Source: an uncultured delta proteobacterium (lineage in GTDB: Bacteria > Myxococcota_A > Polyangia > Polyangiales > Polyangiaceae). From it: 64,000 bases of DNA. The position numbers and the translations under genes are program-made. Shown one piece after another: positions 57,931-64,000 of the stretch. Under the pieces are notes generated by a model that saw nothing but the letters and a program-made list of their open reading frames with translations, made no database searches and had not been told where the DNA came from. Positions within the stretch are counted from its first letter, which is position 1. Every line of letters starts with the position of its first letter. The stretch covers positions 224,001 through 288,000 of the forward strand of contig CAWKKR010000008.1 in NCBI GenBank assembly GCA_963850305.1. The letters are read 5' to 3'.

Positions 57931-59696
57931 TCAGAGTATTTCGGACCACGGGGGCGACGCGGCAAACGCTGCGTGAATGAGCCCCACGTGCGAGTACGCT
58001 TGCGGGAAGTTGCCCCACATCCGGAGCGTCGCGGTCTCGTAGTCTTCCGACAGCAGGCCGAGCGGCGACATCGTCGCGTGAACGCGAGTCATGAGCTCGC
58101 GCGCCTCGGCCATTCGCCCGATCTTCGCGAGCGCTTCGATGAGCCAGAACGTGCAGATGATGAACGCGACGGCCGGCCTTCCGAAGCCATCGTCGAGCTC
58201 GTAGCGAAGTAGCCAACCGTCGCGGGACAGTCCCTTCCGGATGGCGTCGATGGTGCCGGCGAGCCGAGGATCATCGGGGGCAAGAAAGCGGAGGGGCGCC
58301 ATCTGCAACAGCGAAGCATCCAGATCGCTCCCCGATGCGTCCCGGCGAATCCCCCGAGCTCCGGTTGCCAGGCTTCCCGCACGAGGGTGTCCCGGATCCG
58401 CTCCGCGGCGCTGCGAAACTCCGCTTCTCGACCGGGGGCGTGTCCGGCTGCGACGGAAGCCATGCGGTCCGCCGCCGCCCAGCACATCAGCGTCGAGAAC
58501 GTCTGGGGCTTCCACTCCGTGCGATACTCCCAGATCCCGGCGTCCGGCGTCCCCGCGACGACCAGCGCGCGACGCGTGAGACGCTCGAGCAGATCCATCA
58601 CCGCCGGACTTCGCTCGGCCGCAAAACGCGCGTCCATGAAGATCGGCGCGAGCGCGAGCACCATCTCTCCGAACATGTCGTGCTGCGCGTGCTTGGCCGC
58701 GCCATTCCCGACGCGCACGGGACCGTGCCCACCGAATCCCGGCCAGCTATCGAGCACCGCCTCGTCGAGATCCGACGTTCCGTCGACGCGGTAGAGCGGT
58801 GCGAGGTCCAGATCCGGCGCGCCTCCCGCGATGTTCAGCAAATACTGGACGAAGCTCTCGCGCTCTTCGAAATGTCCGAGCAGCCGAAACGCGCCGAGCG
58901 CGTAATAGGCGTCCCGGAGCCAGCAGTAGCGATAATCCCAGTTCCGGCCGCTGTCCGGAGCTTCCGGCACCGAAGTCGTCATCGCCGCGACGATCGCGCC
59001 CGTGTCCTCGTAGCAGTGAAGCTTCAATGCAAGCGCCGAACGGATCACCTCTCCCTGGTAGAGCGGAGGAATGTTGCAGTGCTTCACCCAGCCCTGCCAA
59101 TAGCGCAGCGTCTCTCCGAGAAAGCGATCGGCAAGCGGCGACAGCGCCTCCTGGATCGGCGCGCCCCATGTCAACCCGAGGTGCCGCTTGCTCGTCAGGA
59201 CGAACGGCTGCCCCTCGAGATACGCGAGAGGAATGTCCGTCGTGAGCCGGAGCTGACTGCCGAAGCCCTCGAAGCGAATGTGATTGGAACCGTGGAACCT
59301 GTCGGGGCGCCCTTTCGACCAGCCGAGCCGGGGCTCGCACCGCACGCGAATTCGCGGCGTGCCCTCGATCGGCTCGATGATGCGATACAGCTCCGTCGGC
59401 CGGAAGATCCTCGCATGCTGCAGAAAACGCGGCGCGAAGTCGACGATGCGAAAGGCGCCATCCTTCGTCCGAAATGTCGTCTCGAGCACGTTCGTGTTGT
59501 CGACGTACGTTTGAGCGCCCGGACTGCCATCCGCCGGCTCGACGGTGAAGTGTCCGCCGTCCGACTGATCGAGCAAGGACGCAAACACGGGCGCCGAGTC
59601 GAAGCGAGGCAAACAGCACCAGACCATCGCGCCGGTGTTCTCGATCAGCGCAGCGATCTGGCAGTTGCCAATCAGTCCGAGATTTTCGAGTCGCAT
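57931..59696 (-). CDS. Glycoside hydrolase family 15, split by a -1 indel in a G run at ~58331
   Basis: RNWDYRYCWLRD and GIWEYR in the 5' ORF; DLDASLL, LLSED and GNFPQAYSH in the 3' ORF; one extra G gives about 588 aa. Confidence 0.9.
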
Positions 59697-59757
59697 ACTT
59701 CTTTACTTAGGGACTTTTCGTTTGCCGGGAAACGAGTTTCTGCTTCATTGAAAAAAC

Positions 59758-61996
59758 ATGCGTCCTGCGATCCGGTTTGCCGTCGTGCTCGTACTCGGAC
59801 TTGCATTCGTCGCGGCGGTCGCGTCGGTGGTGTTCAACCGGATCGCGCGAACCTGGTTCGAAAACGACGTGCGCGTGCACTCCGAGCTCGCGGTGAGCGG
59901 CGCGCACGAGCTGCTCGTCGAACGGTGGAGCGGGGGCGAAAGAGCCCTGTACGGCGTTCTATCGCGGATGACGCGCGCGGAGCGAATTCTGTCCGCCGCC
60001 GCCTGCACCGCGTCCTCCGAACCGGTGACGTACGCCAGCGACTACCCCGAGGAACTCGGCATGCTCGAAGATCGGCCCCAACCTGCGGGCACCCGATGGC
60101 AAGCTCCAGACCTGGTCTTCCGTGAAGCGCCTGTCCGGCGGAGAGGTGTACGTCACGGCGGTCCCGGTCATCGATCGCGGCACCACCCTGGGCTTCGTGG
60201 TCCTGGTGCACGACCTGAGCTTCATCGCCCGCCGCGAGGCACGCACGCGGGAGTTCTTGTTCATCATGTTCGGATTTCTGGCGCTCGCGGCCTCGGCGGT
60301 GACGCTCGTCGCCGCGCGGCTCGCGATGAGGAGCTGGAGCAACAATCTGCGGAAGTTGATCCGCGGGGAACCGGAATCGGGTTTCCAGCCGATTCTCGGG
60401 GATGTCCGGGAGCTCGTCGACAAGATGCTCGCGGACGGGAAGGAATCGGATGGCGGGGGTGGCGCGTGGACTCCGGAGCGTCTCAAGCAGACACTGAATC
60501 ACTTTCTGAGAGGCGAGAAGGTTGTCATCATCGCGAATCGCGAACCATACGTTCACGAGTACGGCAAGGACGGTAAGATCGCCGTCGTTCATCCGGCGAG
60601 CGGACTCGTCACCGCGCTCGAGCCCGTCATGCGCGCGTGCTCGGGCGTCTGGATCGCCCACGGCGGGGGCTCTGCCGATCGGGAAACCGTCGATCGCCAC
60701 GGCCGCGTCCGGGTGCCGCCGGACGAAGAGTGTTACGTCATCCGTCGCGTCTGGCTTTCGAAGCAGCAGGAGGAGGGGTACTACTACGGCTTCTCCAACG
60801 AAGGGCTCTGGCCCCTCTGTCACAACGCGCACGCCCGGCCGATCTTCCGCGCGGACGATTGGGAGCAATACAAGATCGTCAACGGCAAGTTCGTCGACGC
60901 GCTCCTGACGGAGGTCGACACCGACGACCCGATCGTGCTCGTGCAGGACTACCACTTCGCGCTCGTTCCCCGCCTGATTCGCGAGCGGCTCCCGCGGGCC
61001 ACGATCATCATGTTCTGGCACATTCCGTGGCCGAACTCCGAACGCCTCGGCATCTGTCCATGGGGTTACGAGCTCCTCGAGGGCATGCTCGGGGCGAGCA
61101 TCGTTGGCTTTCACACGCGCTCGGATTGCAACAACTTCATGGACTGCGTCGATCGCTTCCTCGAGGCGCGCATCGATCGCGTCGAGAATGCCGTCGTGCA
61201 GCAGGGCCGGAGCACACTCGTACGGCCGTATCCCATCTCGGTCGAATGGCCCGTTCGCTGGCTGGACACGCTGCCTTCTCCAGCAGAGTGTCGAGCCGGC
61301 GTGATCGCCGAGCTTGGGCTCCCGGAAGACGCTCTGATTTCAGTCGGCGTCGACCGGCTCGACTACACGAAGGGTGTCGAGGAGCGGATGCTCGCCGTCG
61401 AGCACTTGCTCGAACGATACCCGCTCTACCGCGGCCGGTTCACGTTCATCCAGCTCGCGGCGCCGAGCCGCACGATCATCGAACGGTACCGCGAGCTTCA
61501 CGAGAGGATCGAGGAAGTCGCCGCTCGTATCAACGAGCGATTCTCAGCCGGGAACTACCGCCCCGTGGTGCTGCTCCTCGCCCACCACCAGCCGCCGGCG
61601 GTGTTCCGGTTCTATCGGGCGGCGGATGTGTGTTACGTGAGTAGCCTCCACGACGGCATGAACCTCGTCGCAAAAGAATTCGTGGCCGCACGCGACGACG
61701 AGCGCGGCGTGCTGGTCCTCAGTCAGTTCACCGGAGCCGCGCGCGAGCTCACCGAGGCGCTCATCGTCAATCCGTACGACCTCGAGGAGGCAAGCTCCGC
61801 GCTCGCAGCCGCGCTCGCCATGTCTCCGGAAGAACAACGCGACCGCATGCGGGCGATGCGGGCGTACGTGGCCGAATTCAACGTCTACCGCTGGGCGGGC
61901 AACATGCTCGTCGACGCGGCCCGGCTGCGGAAGCGGGATCGCATCACGTGGCGGATTCATCATCACCTCGCGACCGCGGCCGTCCTCAGACCGTGA
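59758..61996 (+). CDS. otsA: Trehalose-6-phosphate synthase (GT20) with an N-terminal two-TM extracytoplasmic module; +1 indel at ~60060
   Basis: IANREP, SGLVTAL, LWPLCH, VQDYHF, FWHIPWP, VDRLDYTKG, DGMNLVAKEF; about 745 aa when joined. Confidence 0.88.
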
Positions 61997-62739
61997 AATA
62001 CCTCTTCTCACCCGCCGGGTGGCAAGCTTTGACGCATTTCGCCGCCACGAACCTGCTCGTCGCGTTCGACTTCGATGGCACGTTGTCGCCCATCGTTCGC
62101 GACCCGGGACGTGCGGGGATGCGTGCCGGGACGCGCACGCTCCTCGCCGAGCTCTGCGCACGCTATCCCTGCGCGATCATCTCCGGACGGGCCAGCGCCG
62201 ACGTCCGCGCACTACTCGGCGGCGCCCGCGTGCACACGGTCGTCGGCAATCATGGCGCGGAGCTCTTCGATCCTGCGCCGACGTCCAGGAAGGTGAAGGC
62301 GTGGCACGCGCGCCTCGGCCGACAGCTGAAGTCCGTGACGGGCGTGAAGGTCGAAGACAAGCGCCTGTCGCTGTCGATTCATTACCGGGCGGCGCCCGAC
62401 AAGAAGGTCGCCCGCGCCGCGATTGGGACCGCGCTGGACACGCTCGAGCGGGCGATCGTCATTCCGGGCAAGCAGGTCGTGAACGTGCTTCCACCGGGGT
62501 CGCGCCGAAAAGGGGACGCGCTCTCGGCGCTGCTCGAGCGCGACGGCTACGGCGCGGCCGTCTACGTCGGCGACGACGAGACGGACGAAGACGTGTTCCG
62601 CGACGCCGACACCCGGCGCCTCCTCGGCATCCACGTGGGGACGAAGCGCACTACCGCGGCAGAATATTACCTTCGCAGCCAAACCGAGGTGGACCGTCTC
62701 CTCCGCGCGCTCGTTTCCCGTCGTGAGCGTCCGGGATAA
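61993..62739 (+). CDS. otsB: Trehalose-6-phosphate phosphatase
   Basis: FDFDGTL, ISGR, GNHGAE, HYR, KG, YVGDDETDED; GTGA overlap with otsA. Confidence 0.93.
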   Translation: MKYLFSPAGWQALTHFAATNLLVAFDFDGTLSPIVRDPGRAGMRAGTRTLLAELCARYPCAIISGRASADVRALLGGARVHTVVGNHGAELFDPAPTSRKVKAWHARLGRQLKSVTGVKVEDKRLSLSIHYRAAPDKKVARAAIGTALDTLERAIVIPGKQVVNVLPPGSRRKGDALSALLERDGYGAAVYVGDDETDEDVFRDADTRRLLGIHVGTKRTTAAEYYLRSQTEVDRLLRALVSRRERPG

Positions 62740-63979
62740 CCTCCGTTCGCAAATGGTCGAAGTGGTGGAACCCGAGCACGTCGGCCTATCGAGCGCAGGG
62801 CTCGCGCGCATCGACGAACATCTGACCTCTCGGTACGTGAGGGACGGCAAGATTGCCGGAGCGCTCACGCTCGTCGCGCGGCACGGCAAGGTCGCCTTCT
62901 TCTCCCCTCTCGGGAGCATGGACGTCGCTCGCCAGAAGCCGATGCAGAAGGACACGATCTTTCGCATCTACTCGATGACGAAACCGGTCACGTCGATCGC
63001 CCTCATGATGCTCCACGAGCGGGCGCTATTTCAGCTCACCGACCCGGTCCACCGGTGGCTCCCGGAGTGGGAACACTTGCGCGTCTTCCGCTACGGCAGC
63101 TACCCGAGCTTCACGACCGACCCGATTGCGCGTCCCATGACCGTGCGCGACCTGCTCACGCACACTTCGGGACTCACCTACGGCTTCATGGAGCGGACCC
63201 CGGTCGACGCCGCATATCGCAAGGTCGGCTTCGGCGTGAACGACGGTAAAGGGAAGCTCTCGGAGTACGTGAAGACGCTCGGCACCCTGCCTCTCGAGTT
63301 CTCGCCCGGCACCGCGTGGAACTACTCGGTGGCCACCGACGTCGTCGGACATCTCGTCGAGCTCATCAGCGGGCAGTCCCTCGACGAATACTTCCGCGAG
63401 AAGATCTTCGAACCGCTCGGCATGGTCGACACCGCCTTCAGCGTCCCGGCAGAAAAGGTGTCGCGCTTCGCCGCGAACTACACGCGCTCGGCAGGCAAAC
63501 AGCTCATCGTCCTCGACGATCCGGAGCTCAGCACGTACTCGCGCCCCCGCACGTTCTTCTCCGGCGGCGCGGGCCTCGTATCCACCGCCGCCGACTACCA
63601 CCGCTTCGCCGAGATGCTCCGCCGCGGCGGCGAGCTGGACGGCGCGCGCATCATCGGACCCCGCACCCTCCGCTACATGACGTCCAACCATCTGCCCGGC
63701 GGTCGTGATCTCGCCAGCCTGGCGCTCGGCTCGTTCAGCGAAACCCGTTACGAAGGCGTCGGGTTCGGGCTCGGATTCTCCGTGACGGTCGACCCTGTGC
63801 GCGCGCAAGTCCCGAGCTCCGCGGGAGAGTTCGGCTGGGGCGGCCTCGCGAGCACCGCGTTCTGGGTCGATCCGGTGGAAGACCTCGTCGTCATCTTCAT
63901 GACCCAGCTCGTCCCGTCCAGCGTCTTCAACTTCCGGGGTCAGCTCAAATCGGTCGTTTACGGCGCGATCGTGGATTGA
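62723..63979 (+). CDS. Serine hydrolase, beta-lactamase/class C esterase family
   Basis: YSMTK (SxxK), LLTHTSGL, WNYS, WGG. Confidence 0.92.
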   Translation: MSVRDNLRSQMVEVVEPEHVGLSSAGLARIDEHLTSRYVRDGKIAGALTLVARHGKVAFFSPLGSMDVARQKPMQKDTIFRIYSMTKPVTSIALMMLHERALFQLTDPVHRWLPEWEHLRVFRYGSYPSFTTDPIARPMTVRDLLTHTSGLTYGFMERTPVDAAYRKVGFGVNDGKGKLSEYVKTLGTLPLEFSPGTAWNYSVATDVVGHLVELISGQSLDEYFREKIFEPLGMVDTAFSVPAEKVSRFAANYTRSAGKQLIVLDDPELSTYSRPRTFFSGGAGLVSTAADYHRFAEMLRRGGELDGARIIGPRTLRYMTSNHLPGGRDLASLALGSFSETRYEGVGFGLGFSVTVDPVRAQVPSSAGEFGWGGLASTAFWVDPVEDLVVIFMTQLVPSSVFNFRGQLKSVVYGAIVD

Positions 63980-64000
63980 GGACCGCGCTCAGCTCGCCGC

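Overview
This is a high-GC chromosomal window whose gene content points to Myxococcota, probably Polyangiaceae-like (Glt-type TPR cluster, bactofilin pair, many Cys/Gly-rich lipoproteins); the taxonomy is inference. About 56 CDS can be supported. Housekeeping genes include a partial radC, xseB, purB, rnj, trxA, rlmI, a Dus, a TrmH-family methyltransferase and a DTW protein. There is also a GltC/GltD/GltE-like TPR operon, an intact vapBC pair, an orphan antitoxin next to a decayed toxin, and a trehalose cluster (2x GH15, otsA, otsB). No tRNA, rRNA, CRISPR array, integrase or transposase was seen. Five genes each carry a single-base indel, most likely assembly errors. The best leads are: (1) a triple HTH/winged-helix protein overlapping a lipoprotein gene behind a helically phased 11-bp repeat array; (2) an OtsA apparently fused to a two-TM extracytoplasmic sensor module; (3) a 15-copy 22-bp intergenic tandem array; (4) a 207-bp multibranched inverted-repeat element; (5) a DTW protein with a possible inactive DnaQ-like domain; (6) a sigma54-type promoter ahead of a receiver-domain pair, one with a natural D-to-E substitution. 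All family calls come from motif recognition by eye; no database searches were run.
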